From assembly GCA_040757835.1 (NCBI GenBank), contig JBFLWJ010000010.1:1-64000 (forward strand): 64,000 nt of DNA, written 5' to 3'. The translations under genes and the position numbers were made by a program. Under the pieces are notes generated by a model that did not search any database, was not told the origin of the DNA, and worked only from the letters and a program-made list of their open reading frames with translations. Each line of letters starts with the position of its first letter. Position 1 is the first letter of the stretch. The DNA is from Actinomycetota bacterium. Its GTDB lineage: Bacteria; Actinomycetota; Geothermincolia; Geothermincolales; RBG-13-55-18. Below are positions 19,353 to 29,197 of the stretch, one piece after another.

Positions 19353-20120
19353 CTAGAGCCCCAACATGTCGCGCAGGGCGGAGGCCTGGCGGCGCGAGAC
19401 CGGGACGCGGCTCTCCTTGTCGTCCCTGAGGGTCACGATGAGGCTGTTGCGGGAGAGCTTGATGATCTGGTTTACCTTCTTCAGGTTGACGATGAAACTG
19501 CGGTGAGTGCGGAAGAAGACCTTGCGGTCCAGCACTTTTTCCAGCTCGGACAGGCTGTAGGTGGTGAGGTAGGATTCCGAGGCGGTGTGCAGGTTGGCAT
19601 ACTCGTGCTTGGTGTCGATGAAGAAGATGTCCTCCATGGGGATGAGCTTGATGGTGTCCCCCTTCTGCACCGGGATCTGCTCCAGGCGCACCGTCTCCCT
19701 GGACGCCTCCGCGGTCATACGGCGCGCCCGGCCCACGCGGTCGAGGATCACCTTTACCCTGGCCGCCAGCTCCAGGGGGCTGAAGGGCTTGGGCACGTAA
19801 TCGTCAGCACCGCCGCGCAGGCCGATGACCTTTGACTGTTCGTCGTCTATGGCTGTGAGCATGATCACCGGGATATCCCTGGTCTTGTCCTCTGACTTGA
19901 GCTGCATGAGCACCTGCCAGCCGTCCATCTTGGGCATCATGACGTCGAGGATGACAAGGTCGGGGTCCGTCTCCGCGACCATCTTCAAGCCCTCCTCGCC
20001 ATCGGCGGCCAGGAAGACGTCGTAGTTGTCCAGCTTGAGGTTGAGCTCGACTACGTTGGAGATGGCCGGATCGTCCTCGATCAGCAGGATGCGGTACTTG
20101 CCTTCCCTCTCCTCGTTCAT
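19353..20120 (-). CDS. Response regulator, REC plus LytTR DNA-binding domain
   Basis: REC domain (LLIEDD...D...K) and a C-terminal LytTR domain. Confidence 0.85.
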   Translation of the reverse strand: MNEEREGKYRILLIEDDPAISNVVELNLKLDNYDVFLAADGEEGLKMVAETDPDLVILDVMMPKMDGWQVLMQLKSEDKTRDIPVIMLTAIDDEQSKVIGLRGGADDYVPKPFSPLELAARVKVILDRVGRARRMTAEASRETVRLEQIPVQKGDTIKLIPMEDIFFIDTKHEYANLHTASESYLTTYSLSELEKVLDRKVFFRTHRSFIVNLKKVNQIIKLSRNSLIVTLRDDKESRVPVSRRQASALRDMLGL

Positions 20121-20228
20121 GGTCCGCCACTTACCCCTTTGCGCTCTCCCCGCTTTCCATCGACATCAATAGAGGTTTCGTCATCGCGCCCCGCCACCTT
20201 GATACGCAATGGAACGGCGGGACGCGGG

Positions 20229-21176
20229 TCACTTGGTGCGCCGGTCCAGGAAATAGGTGCTGCCGGGGATGGACTTGGCATAGTTCAGGGTCTCCTTGGC
20301 GATCTCTCCGACCTCCCAGTGGGTGGTGATGCGCCTGCGGTAGTTGCTGGCGATGCCGATGCTCAGGGTCATGACGGGGATATAATTGTCTCTGCCCAGG
20401 CGGTCGATGAATATCGAGTAGCCGCGCTTGAGGTCCTCGTCCCGGTAGAGGCTGCTTACCTGCTCGTCGAAGTCCGCGATGATCGACTCGGCGATGGCGC
20501 TGGCCTTCTCCGGCGAGGTGATGACCACGAAATCGTCGCCGCCTCCGTGACCGATGAAATCGTCCAGGTTGCCGGCTTTCTTCACAGCATCGTCGACGAT
20601 GGCGGCGAGCATCCTGATCGCCCTGTCCCCGGCGGGGAAGCCGTAGATATCGTTGAAGGGCTTGAAGTTGTCCATATCTATGTAGAGCGTCGCGAAGAGC
20701 AGGTTCTTGGAAATGCGGCGCTTGGTCTCGGCGTCGATGGATATGCTGCCGGGAAGGCCGGTAAGGGGACTGACGTCCCTCTTCTGCCGCGCCCGTATGA
20801 GGTTGATGGTGATGCGGGCGACCAGGTCGGAGAAGTCGAAGGGCTTGGTGATGAAGTCGTCGGCGCCCGCCTCGATGCTGGCCACCTTGTCCTGCGCCTG
20901 CGTCCTGGCCGAGAGCATCACCACCGGTATCTGGTTGGTGCGCCCGTCGGATTTAAGCCGGCGGCAGACCTCGAGCCCGTCTAGCTCCGGCATCATGATA
21001 TCGCAGAGTATCAGGTCCGGCCGCAGTTCACGCACCAGTCGCAGCGCTTCCTCGCCGTCCCGCGAGGTGGTGACCTCGTAACCCTCCACCTCCAGGTTGA
21101 ACTTGATGATATCAAGGATGTTTCTCTCATCGTCCACGACCAGGACCTTGATGGGGGCTTCCCTGATCTTCTCCAT
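20229..21176 (-). CDS. Response regulator, REC plus GGDEF domain with a non-canonical GGDDF motif
   Basis: REC domain followed by a GGDEF-fold; active-site motif reads HGGGDDF. Confidence 0.85.
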   Translation of the reverse strand: MEKIREAPIKVLVVDDERNILDIIKFNLEVEGYEVTTSRDGEEALRLVRELRPDLILCDIMMPELDGLEVCRRLKSDGRTNQIPVVMLSARTQAQDKVASIEAGADDFITKPFDFSDLVARITINLIRARQKRDVSPLTGLPGSISIDAETKRRISKNLLFATLYIDMDNFKPFNDIYGFPAGDRAIRMLAAIVDDAVKKAGNLDDFIGHGGGDDFVVITSPEKASAIAESIIADFDEQVSSLYRDEDLKRGYSIFIDRLGRDNYIPVMTLSIGIASNYRRRITTHWEVGEIAKETLNYAKSIPGSTYFLDRRTK

Positions 21177-21187
21177 GGGGCCTCCTT

Positions 21188-24172
21188 TCAGTCTCCTGCC
21201 TCGCCACCCGTACCCTCGAGCAATGGCGAACGCTCCACACCGCCTATGCCATCCACTCGAGAGGAAAGGGGAAGGGTGAAATGGAAGGTGCTGCCTTCCC
21301 CGAGTACGCTCTCGGCCCAGATGGTACCGCCGTGCGCCTCCACGATGCTCCTGCTGACGTAGAGACCCAGCCCCGTCCCGTATATCTCACGCGTGGCCCG
21401 GTTGTCCACGCGGTGGAATTTCTCGAAGATATAGGGCAGGTGCTCCTCGGGTATGCCCACCCCCGAATCGCGCACGCCGCACTCGACCTTATGCGGCTGC
21501 GCCTCCAGGGTGAGCACGATCTCTCCCCCGGAGGGCGAGTACTTGACCGCGTTATCCACAAGGTTCACGAAGACCTGTTCGATCTTGTCGGGGTCAGCGC
21601 GCACCGGACCCATGCTCTCGGGGGAGACCAGCTTTATCTCGTGGTTGGGGAACTGCGACTGCAGCTTCCCGATGGTGATGCGCACCAGCTTGGAGAGGTC
21701 GAAGTCCCGCCTCTTGAGCGTCAGTTTCCCCGACTCGATGCGGGACACGTCGAGGATGTCGGAGACGAGGCGCGTGAGCCGGTCCGTCTCCTCCTCGATG
21801 ACCTGAAGGAAGTCCTGGCGGGTCTTGTCGTCGAAATCCACGTCGGGGCGGCGCAGGGTGGCGGTATATGCCTTGATGGAGGTCAGCGGGGTGCGCAGCT
21901 CGTGGGACACGGTGGACACGAAATCGGACTTGGCCTGCTCGAGTTCGCGCAGGGCGGTGATGTCGCGGATGACCGCGATGATGCCGATGCGCTCGCCCGG
22001 GCTGGTCTCGATAAGCGAGGTCTCCACCTCCAGGAGACGCCGGTCCGGCGGCTCGAACTGGATCTCCTCGCCCAACTCGCGATTGGTGTGGAGGCTCCGC
22101 AGGAAGATATTGGCCAGGTTCTGGATGCGGATGACCTCCTTGACGTGGCGTTTCTCCGTCTCGCTGAACGGCGGCAGGTTAAGGATCCTTTCCGCCGCCG
22201 CGTTGACCAGTATGACCTGGGCGTCGTTGTTCACGGCGATGACGCCGTCATTGATGGAGTGCAGCATGGCCTCGGTCCGCCGCTGGTCCTCGGTGATGAG
22301 ACGGTAGAGGTTGGAGTTCTCCAGGGCGATGGCCGCCTGGTTCACGAAGAGGCCCAGCAACCTCAGGTCGTCCTCGCCGAAAGCCCTGGCGGACGCCGGT
22401 GAGGCGACCTCGATCACTCCCTTGGTCACTCCCTGCCAGGTGATCGGCGCGACCAGGTAGGAGATGCGGTACCCGAGTCCCCGGCCCCACGGGGTCGTGT
22501 CGGCTGGATCGATCTCCACCCGCCGCAGCGGTGTTTGCTGGGCCACCGCCTCTCCCGGCAGGTACTGGCCGTGCCCGTAGGATATCCCTACGCTTGCCGC
22601 GTCCACGCCGTGTACCGCCTTGACCCGGTAGGTGTCCCCCTCCTCGCGCAGCGAGAGCACGCCCAGTTCCGCGTCGACCAGGTCCACCGCCTTGTCCAGC
22701 AGGAACTCCAGCAGGTCGTGGGTCTCCACCTCGTCCACGAGGGACTTGCCCACCTCGTAGAGGGCCGTCTGCTCCTCGACGCGGCGGGCGATGAGCAGCA
22801 TGAGGTCGTCGCGGATCTCGTCCACCTTGACCCGCTCGGTGATGTCCTCGAGGATGACCACGTAGCCGCTGTGGGGTTCGTATCCGGCGCGGATGGGGGA
22901 CGCGCTGACCGAGAGGATGCGCTCGGGCGTTCCCCGCAGGTGCACTTCCAGGTGCGCATGGGAGGGTTCGGTCACGGGGGCCATCTCTCCCTCCAGGAAT
23001 CTCCACAGCGCCTCGGTGTCCAGCAGGGTAGGCTCCAGGAGTTCGCGCAGCGAGATGTCGCGGGGAACGCTCTCCAGCCCCAGCAGGTCCCGGGACGCCT
23101 GGTTGGCCATGACCACTTTGCCGCTGGCGTCGGTGACCAGAAGGCCGCTGCTCATGCTGCCCACGATAACCTCGCTGCGGGAGAGCACCATCTGGTAGAG
23201 CTCCGCGCGCGCGATGAGGGAGGCGGCCAGGGAGGATATGGTCACCAGCATCTGGAGGTCCTCGGAGGAGAAAGCGCGCGGCTGGGTGCTGGCGAAGCTG
23301 AGTACCCCCATGAGTTCCCCTCCAACCATGATGGGCGCCGCCAGGGCCGAGTGGACCTTCTTGCGCGCCTGGGGGAAATCGGCGAAACGGGGATCGTTTT
23401 CGATGTCGTTCACCAGGATGGGACGTTTCTCCCGGGCCACCCACCCGATGAACCCTTCGCCCACGGCGATGTCTATCTGCTCTTCAAGCTCGTCCGCGGG
23501 AGCTCCCGAGGCCTCCAGCACCAGCACCCCGGATTTGCGGTCCAGGAGCCGCACGGAGCTTACATCGGTCTGGAAGAAGGAGGCAGTGGAGGAGAGCAGG
23601 TTGTGCAGGGTCTCTTTGAGGTCGACCTTCTCCATGAGCGTGGAGCTGAGCTGGTACAGCGCCTCTATCCTCTCCGCCTTGCTGTGCTCCCTGCGGTCCA
23701 GCTCCGCGAGGTACGAGAGGATCACCGATGCACCGAGGAGGACGACCACGTTGATGAGCAGGCGAGCCCCGTCTTCCGCGAGTACCATGTCGCCCCCGAT
23801 GCAGGCCACTGCGTAGCCCGCGCTCACCACGCCCGCCATGGTCAGGGCATTGGTCCAGTGGTCGTAGAGGGAGGAGGTGGCGCAGAGCAGGAAAAGGAGG
23901 GGATAGAAAGGGCTGGCGATGCCACCGCTGTAGTAGACGAGGAAGCAGACGAGGATGGCGTCCAGACCGAGCAGGATGATGCCCCACGTCCCCAGGTTCA
24001 GGGGTGGCTTCATGCGGCGCGCCACGTGATAGGCGGCACCCAGGACAGCCATGACCGCTACGGCGACTATCCAGGGCCAGTATTCGATATCGTCCCCTGA
24101 GTACAGGGGGTAGAAGCCCACCACGATAAAGGCTATCCAGTGGGACAGTGGCAAAAGCTTGGCCGATCTCAT
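21188..24172 (-). CDS. Multi-sensor histidine kinase (membrane domain, GAF/PAS repeats, HisKA, HATPase_c)
   Basis: About six TM helices at the N-terminus, several GAF/PAS-like segments, the H-box SHELRTPLTSIK and N/G1/G2 boxes. First gene of the operon. Confidence 0.85.
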   Translation of the reverse strand: MRSAKLLPLSHWIAFIVVGFYPLYSGDDIEYWPWIVAVAVMAVLGAAYHVARRMKPPLNLGTWGIILLGLDAILVCFLVYYSGGIASPFYPLLFLLCATSSLYDHWTNALTMAGVVSAGYAVACIGGDMVLAEDGARLLINVVVLLGASVILSYLAELDRREHSKAERIEALYQLSSTLMEKVDLKETLHNLLSSTASFFQTDVSSVRLLDRKSGVLVLEASGAPADELEEQIDIAVGEGFIGWVAREKRPILVNDIENDPRFADFPQARKKVHSALAAPIMVGGELMGVLSFASTQPRAFSSEDLQMLVTISSLAASLIARAELYQMVLSRSEVIVGSMSSGLLVTDASGKVVMANQASRDLLGLESVPRDISLRELLEPTLLDTEALWRFLEGEMAPVTEPSHAHLEVHLRGTPERILSVSASPIRAGYEPHSGYVVILEDITERVKVDEIRDDLMLLIARRVEEQTALYEVGKSLVDEVETHDLLEFLLDKAVDLVDAELGVLSLREEGDTYRVKAVHGVDAASVGISYGHGQYLPGEAVAQQTPLRRVEIDPADTTPWGRGLGYRISYLVAPITWQGVTKGVIEVASPASARAFGEDDLRLLGLFVNQAAIALENSNLYRLITEDQRRTEAMLHSINDGVIAVNNDAQVILVNAAAERILNLPPFSETEKRHVKEVIRIQNLANIFLRSLHTNRELGEEIQFEPPDRRLLEVETSLIETSPGERIGIIAVIRDITALRELEQAKSDFVSTVSHELRTPLTSIKAYTATLRRPDVDFDDKTRQDFLQVIEEETDRLTRLVSDILDVSRIESGKLTLKRRDFDLSKLVRITIGKLQSQFPNHEIKLVSPESMGPVRADPDKIEQVFVNLVDNAVKYSPSGGEIVLTLEAQPHKVECGVRDSGVGIPEEHLPYIFEKFHRVDNRATREIYGTGLGLYVSRSIVEAHGGTIWAESVLGEGSTFHFTLPLSSRVDGIGGVERSPLLEGTGGEAGD

Positions 24173-24350
24173 GTGCTTTTCCCCTTTTCAACGTCCAGTT
24201 TTATATCGAAACCATGCCGCTCAAACTTGACCATGCCGGGCACCGCCGCCGCCCTCCGGGCGTCGCTGTCGCTTGCGCGATGCAAACGATCGGACCGGAA
24301 TGCCATAAAAAAAGAGGGTAAGATATCATATAGCGCAAGGAGGCGGTATC

Positions 24351-25442
24351 ATGGCCCTGCAGGTCGGGATAATAGGTCTGCCTAATTCCGGTAAGTCGAC
24401 CATATTCAACGCCCTGACCCGCGCAGGTGCGCAGGTGGCCGGGTACCCGTTCTCCACCGTTGACCCCAATTACGGAATGGCGCCCGTGCCGGATGTCCGC
24501 CTTCACCAGGTGTCCGCCGCGGCCGCTTGCAGCAAGACGGTCCCCGCCGACCTTCGCTTAGTGGACATCGCGGGGCTGGTAGAGGGAGCACACCACGGCG
24601 AGGGACTGGGGAACCAGTTCCTGGCCCATGTGCGGGAAGTGGACGCCCTGGCCCATGCCGTACGCTGCTTCACCTCTCCGGACGTTGCCCACGTGAGGGC
24701 GGAGATCGTGCCTGAGCGGGATATAGCCGTGGTGAACACCGAGCTGATCCTGGCTGACCTGGCCGTGGTGGAGAGGCGCAAGGAGAGGATATCCAAGGCG
24801 GCCAGGACCGGGGACCGCGACAAGGCGCGCGAGCTGGAGCTGCTGGAGAGGGTGGAAGCGGAGCTGGACCGGGAGGTCCCGGTGCGGCGCATGGAACTCT
24901 CCCGGGGCGATGATGAGATGCTCTCCGGTCTTTTCCTGCTCACCGCCAAGCCGGTGATCTACGTGGCCAACCTGGGGGAGGAGCAGTTGGGCGGCGACGA
25001 TCCCCTGTGGAGAGCGGTACGGGAGGCAGCGAATTCCGAGGGGGCCGGGCTGGTGGCCTTCGACGCCAAACTGGAGGCGGAGATAGAGGACCTGGAGCCG
25101 GAGGAGGCGAGGGAGTTCCTGGAGGCCTACGGCGTAGAGAGCCTGGGGCTGGACGAGTTCGCGAAGCGCTGCTACGCGCTCCTGGGGCTCATAACCTTCT
25201 TCACCACCGAGTCCGGGGAGTGCCGGGCATGGCCGCTCCGCGAGGGCAGCACCGCCGTGCAGGCAGCGGGGAAGATCCATACCGATATGGAGCAGGGGTT
25301 CATCCGCGCGGAGGTCATCGGCTGGGAGGAGTTCATCGCTCACGGATCGTTCCATGCCGCCAGGGACAAGGGAGCGGTGAGGGTGGAGGGCCGCGACTAC
25401 GTCGTCCATGACGGGGACGTATGCCTCTTCCGCTTCTCATAG
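24351..25442 (+). CDS. ychF: Ribosome-binding ATPase YchF (Obg-family GTPase)
   Basis: P-loop GLPNSGKST, a C-terminal TGS domain, and an AAGGAGG RBS. Confidence 0.9.
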   Translation: MALQVGIIGLPNSGKSTIFNALTRAGAQVAGYPFSTVDPNYGMAPVPDVRLHQVSAAAACSKTVPADLRLVDIAGLVEGAHHGEGLGNQFLAHVREVDALAHAVRCFTSPDVAHVRAEIVPERDIAVVNTELILADLAVVERRKERISKAARTGDRDKARELELLERVEAELDREVPVRRMELSRGDDEMLSGLFLLTAKPVIYVANLGEEQLGGDDPLWRAVREAANSEGAGLVAFDAKLEAEIEDLEPEEAREFLEAYGVESLGLDEFAKRCYALLGLITFFTTESGECRAWPLREGSTAVQAAGKIHTDMEQGFIRAEVIGWEEFIAHGSFHAARDKGAVRVEGRDYVVHDGDVCLFRFS

Positions 25443-25478
25443 GGTCAGACTTCTTGTTTGTTCATTCCACCTGAGGCA
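25442..25478. repeat. Solo or degenerate copy of the GGGTCAGRCTTCTTGTTTGTT repeat family (copy 1)
   Basis: GGGTCAGACTTCTTGTTTGTTCATTCCACCTGAGGC begins at the ychF stop codon. About 80% identical to copies 2 and 3. Confidence 0.5.
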
Positions 25479-25596
25479 ACGACCTCAACCGGGACCGCAT
25501 GAAGTGAGCGCCTCTACGGCAACGATGCGGAGATCCAGAGGCCGGTGGACGAGTACCTGTACTGCGCCTGATGGCGGCGCTCGTATCCGGAAGCAC

Positions 25597-25632
25597 CCAG
25601 GCCCCGCTGTTAGCGGGGCCCTGACTTTATGG
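25597..25632 (+). terminator. Hairpin terminator downstream of ychF
   Basis: CAGGCCCCGCTG/CAGCGGGGCCCTG stem followed by ACTTTATGG. Confidence 0.45.
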
Positions 25633-25659
25633 ACGGACCTGCAACCGGTGCCGGTCCGG

Positions 25660-26610
25660 CTATTCTTTCCCGAGCAGGTGACGGATGACCATGCGAGCCC
25701 CGGTGTGGGGATCGACCTCGCGGGTGTCCACCAGTTTGTGCATGAGCGCGATCATCTCGGGGTCCTGTTGCAGCGCCCTGCCTACCGCCTCTTCTACCTG
25801 GCGCCCGATTATCTCCATGACCTCGGCGATTATACGCTCCCGCGCCTTCTTCGCCAGCAGGCCTTCCGCTTCGAGGTAGCGGTAGTGCTCCTTGATGGCT
25901 CCGGCCAGTTCCTCCACCCCCTCGCCCGTGGTAGCCACGGTGCGGATGACCGCGGGCTTGAAACCGTCCTTGCGGTCCGACATCTCCAGCATCATGGTTA
26001 TCTCGGTGAAGGTCCGTCCCGCGTCCGCGCGGTCCGCCTTGTTGACCACGAAGATGTCACCTATCTCCATGATGCCGGCCTTGATCGCCTGGATCTCGTC
26101 GCCTCCCCCCGGCATGGTCACCACCACCGAGGTGTGGGCTAGTTTGACGATCTCCACCTCCACCTGTCCCGCCCCCACCGTTTCCACGATGATCACGTCC
26201 TTGCCGAAAGCGTCCAGGATGTTCACGGCGTCGTTGGTGGCGACGGCTATCCCGCCCAGGGCCCCTCGCGTGCCCATGGAACGGATAAAGACCCCCGGGT
26301 CGGTGGCCAGGTCCTGCATGCGGATGCGGTCGCCCAGGATAGCACCGCCGCTGAAGGGGCTGGTGGGATCGACGGCGATGATACCCACGCTGAGGTCCAT
26401 GCCGCGCAGGCACTTGGTCAGCGACGACACCAGGGTGCTCTTGCCCGATCCCGGTGCGCCGGTGATGCCCACGATATGGGCGCGTCCTGTGCGCTGGTGC
26501 AGGCGCCGCAGGGGGGCCGACGCCGCGGGGTCGCCATTCTCCACCATGGTGATAAGCCTGGCCACCGCGCGCCGGTCGCCCGTGAGCAGGCGAGTAAAGA
26601 TATCGTCCAT
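25660..26610 (-). CDS. meaB: MeaB/ArgK-type G-protein chaperone (partner of B12-dependent mutases)
   Basis: P-loop GAPGSGKST and family-typical length. The ATG at 26610 with an AAAGGAGC RBS is preferred over the ORF-track start at 26670. Confidence 0.85.
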   Translation of the reverse strand: MDDIFTRLLTGDRRAVARLITMVENGDPAASAPLRRLHQRTGRAHIVGITGAPGSGKSTLVSSLTKCLRGMDLSVGIIAVDPTSPFSGGAILGDRIRMQDLATDPGVFIRSMGTRGALGGIAVATNDAVNILDAFGKDVIIVETVGAGQVEVEIVKLAHTSVVVTMPGGGDEIQAIKAGIMEIGDIFVVNKADRADAGRTFTEITMMLEMSDRKDGFKPAVIRTVATTGEGVEELAGAIKEHYRYLEAEGLLAKKARERIIAEVMEIIGRQVEEAVGRALQQDPEMIALMHKLVDTREVDPHTGARMVIRHLLGKE

Positions 26611-26668
26611 GAAGCTCCTTTGCGTCTCGGCATCTATTCTTAACGTTTGCGCTTTCCCAGTCAACGCC

Positions 26669-27463
26669 ATGTGTTATCCTGCATACATGCGGGAAGTAAG
26701 ACTGGTCAACCTCACGCGGGGAACGGTACTGGCGGAGAGGGCCGCCGTGGCCGAGACGCCCGCCTCCCGCCGCCGGGGGCTCCTGGGCACAGAAGCCCTG
26801 CTCCCCGGGAGCGGCCTCCTCATCGTGCCCTGCCGGCAGGTGCACACCTTCGGCATGCGCTATGCCATCGATGTCGTCTTCGTGGACGAGGCCTGGAACG
26901 TGTTGAAGGTGGTGCGCGGCATGAAGCCCGGCCGCCTCGGCGCGCCGTCCATAAAGGCCAGGGCGGCCCTGGAGCTTCCCGCCGGAAGGGCGGCTGAGAC
27001 GGGCACCCTGGTGGGGGACATGCTGGACGCCCGCGATATACCCATATCTGCCGGTGGCGCATACGCGGCCATCGACCATGTGAACAGGTACGTAACGGAC
27101 CTGGAGATGCACGTCGTCTTCTACACGCAAGCCCTGGGCTATGCGGTCATCGGCAGGGGCACCAAGGACGACGGGAGCGGGTACGCCATCCTCAAGGGAC
27201 ACGGCCACGAGCTCTTCATCTCCGAGAGGCCCCCGGGAGGAGCGGCAGCCGCGGAGCTGAGGCACATCGGGTACGCGGTAAGGGATGCGGACGAGCTGCT
27301 GCGGCGCCTGAAGGAGAACGGCATCGCTCCGCGGGAGACAGAGGTCATCGCCAAGGAATACTCGCGCCAGTTCTACCTGAGGGACCCCGACGGCAACGAG
27401 GTCGACTTCATCCAATGGACCGATAAGGGGAGCTTCTTCCGTGACCTGGAACACGGAGGCTGA
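26669..27463 (+). CDS. DUF192 domain fused to a VOC/glyoxalase-family domain
   Basis: DUF192 (COG1430) region MREVRLVNL...ELPAG continues without a stop into a glyoxalase/bleomycin-resistance-like domain. Start is uncertain, 26669 or 26687; the N-terminal part of the long ORF 25892..27463 is antisense to meaB. Confidence 0.55.
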   Translation: MCYPAYMREVRLVNLTRGTVLAERAAVAETPASRRRGLLGTEALLPGSGLLIVPCRQVHTFGMRYAIDVVFVDEAWNVLKVVRGMKPGRLGAPSIKARAALELPAGRAAETGTLVGDMLDARDIPISAGGAYAAIDHVNRYVTDLEMHVVFYTQALGYAVIGRGTKDDGSGYAILKGHGHELFISERPPGGAAAAELRHIGYAVRDADELLRRLKENGIAPRETEVIAKEYSRQFYLRDPDGNEVDFIQWTDKGSFFRDLEHGG

Positions 27464-27555
27464 ACGATACGCGGGCACCTCCTTTGACCCGCTGCATTGC
27501 GCCGTCACAAGGCCGGCACCTATCATAAGGATTATCGACGCAGAAAGGCCGGGAG

Positions 27556-28386
27556 ATGTCCACAACAGACAAAAACATCGCGAGATACCGCCGCGGGAAA
27601 GAGCCACGGCAGGCCAGTGACCGCGTCGTGGTCGAACTGCCCCTCGAGATCGTCGTCAACGGGCTGCCCCTGGTCGCCCTCATGCGCATGCCGGGGATGG
27701 ACAAGGAGCTGGCGGTGGGGTTCTGTCTCACCGAGAAGGTCATCTCCGGCGTCTCCCAGGTGAGACTGCTGAAGCACTGTGGCAGCATGGAGCGGGAGAT
27801 AGGGGAGGGTCGGGAGGTGCGGGACACCGCGCTTGACCGTGGCAACGTGGTCGAGCTGGAGCTGGAATCCCCGGGCGAGCGGGAGCGTTTCGGCTCCACC
27901 TACCTGGTGCGCACCGGATGTGGAGGCGCCGACATCTCCGCCATCGCGGACTACCACGAGGGCGAAGTGGCCTCCGAACTCCGGGTCAAGGAGGAGGTCA
28001 TATACGGCATCGGGGATGAGCTTACGCGGCGCCAGGACATCTTCCGGGGGACCGGAGGCACCCACGGCGCGGGTATCTTCACGGCCTCGGGCGAGATGGT
28101 GGCCATGGCCGAGGACGTCGGGCGCCACAACGCTCTGGACAAGGTGGTGGGGTGGTGCGCGATGCGCGGTACCGCCCTCGCGGACAAGGTGCTGGTGCTG
28201 TCGGGAAGGATCAGCTACGAGATGGCCCTGAAGACGGTGCGGGTGGGCATACCGGTGCTGGTCTCCATGGCCGCGCCAACCTCCCTGGGGTTGCAGGTGG
28301 CCGAGGGCGCGGGCCTGACCGTGGTGGGCTTCGCGGGCGCCGAGAGGTTCAACGTCTATACCCATCCCCGGAGGATCGTCCCGTGA
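27556..28386 (+). CDS. fdhD: Formate dehydrogenase accessory sulfurtransferase FdhD
   Basis: FdhD/NarQ family sequence, including the conserved Cys-containing loop. Confidence 0.85.
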   Translation: MSTTDKNIARYRRGKEPRQASDRVVVELPLEIVVNGLPLVALMRMPGMDKELAVGFCLTEKVISGVSQVRLLKHCGSMEREIGEGREVRDTALDRGNVVELELESPGERERFGSTYLVRTGCGGADISAIADYHEGEVASELRVKEEVIYGIGDELTRRQDIFRGTGGTHGAGIFTASGEMVAMAEDVGRHNALDKVVGWCAMRGTALADKVLVLSGRISYEMALKTVRVGIPVLVSMAAPTSLGLQVAEGAGLTVVGFAGAERFNVYTHPRRIVP

Positions 28387-28997
28387 GAGGCGAAGAGAGG
28401 GAAGGCCTGCAGCCGCAGTTCGCCGCCGCGGTGCTCGCCGGGGGGGAGGGCAAACGCCTGGGTATGGACAAGGCCACACTGCAGATCGGTAACTGCTCCC
28501 TGCTGGACCGCATCATCCTGGTGCTGAGGGACCTCTTCCCCCACATCATGCTTGTGGTCCAGAACGGCGGCTCGTCCCTGGCTGGCCTGGAGGACGCCGG
28601 CGTGAAAGTGGTGACCGACGTGATCCCGGGTAAGGGGCCCCTGGTGGGCATCTACACCGCGCTGCAGAATTCCCCCGCACCCTACGTCTTTGTCATGGCC
28701 TGCGATATGCCATACCCGAGCCGGGAACTCATAGCCCGCATGCTCTCCACGGCGCCCGGCCTGGAGGCGGTGGTGCCGCGGCGCGGGGAGTATATCGAGC
28801 CCCTCTTCGCGGTCTACAGAAGGGATGTGGCCGCGAGGATACGTGACCGCATCGAGGGCGGGCGCCTGAAAATACACGAGCTCATCCAGGATCTGGACGT
28901 GCGTTACATGGAGGAAGACGAGGTGGCGGCCTGCGACCCCGGTTTCCGCTCTTTTCTAAACATCAACACCCTGGAGGACCTGGAGGCCGCCTTCTAG
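28383..28997 (+). CDS. mobA: Molybdenum cofactor guanylyltransferase MobA
   Basis: LAGGEGKRLG NTP-binding motif. The GTG start overlaps the fdhD stop (GTGA). Confidence 0.8.
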   Translation: MRGEEREGLQPQFAAAVLAGGEGKRLGMDKATLQIGNCSLLDRIILVLRDLFPHIMLVVQNGGSSLAGLEDAGVKVVTDVIPGKGPLVGIYTALQNSPAPYVFVMACDMPYPSRELIARMLSTAPGLEAVVPRRGEYIEPLFAVYRRDVAARIRDRIEGGRLKIHELIQDLDVRYMEEDEVAACDPGFRSFLNINTLEDLEAAF

Positions 28998-29080
28998 GGC
29001 CAGGTTCCTTGTTTGTTGCGTTCCACCAGAGGCTGCTGCTTTAGCCTTGGCCACACGAATGCGGGAAACAAGACCTGCCC
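28997..29080. repeat. Palindromic repeat element, copy 2 (21-bp arms with conserved loop GCGTTCCACCAGAGGC)
   Basis: Left arm GGGCCAGGTTCCTTGTTTGTT (28997-29017) pairs with right arm GGGAAACAAGACCTGCCC (29063-29080). It starts at the mobA stop. Confidence 0.55.
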
Positions 29081-29197
29081 TGAAAACAGCGACCAGCATT
29101 TTCGTCCTCGGTGGTGTCGCGGCCGCGCGACATGGGTGACTGACCCCCAAACGGAAAGCCCGTTTCTCCATGGATCCGGCGCCGGCATGAGGAGCCG

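Noticed and set aside
25892-26686. N-terminal 265 aa of the 523-aa plus-strand ORF 25892..27463
   Set aside because: This portion is antisense to meaB and has a low-complexity Ser/Ala/Pro-rich translation. Only the part from about 26669 onward (DUF192+VOC) looks genuine.
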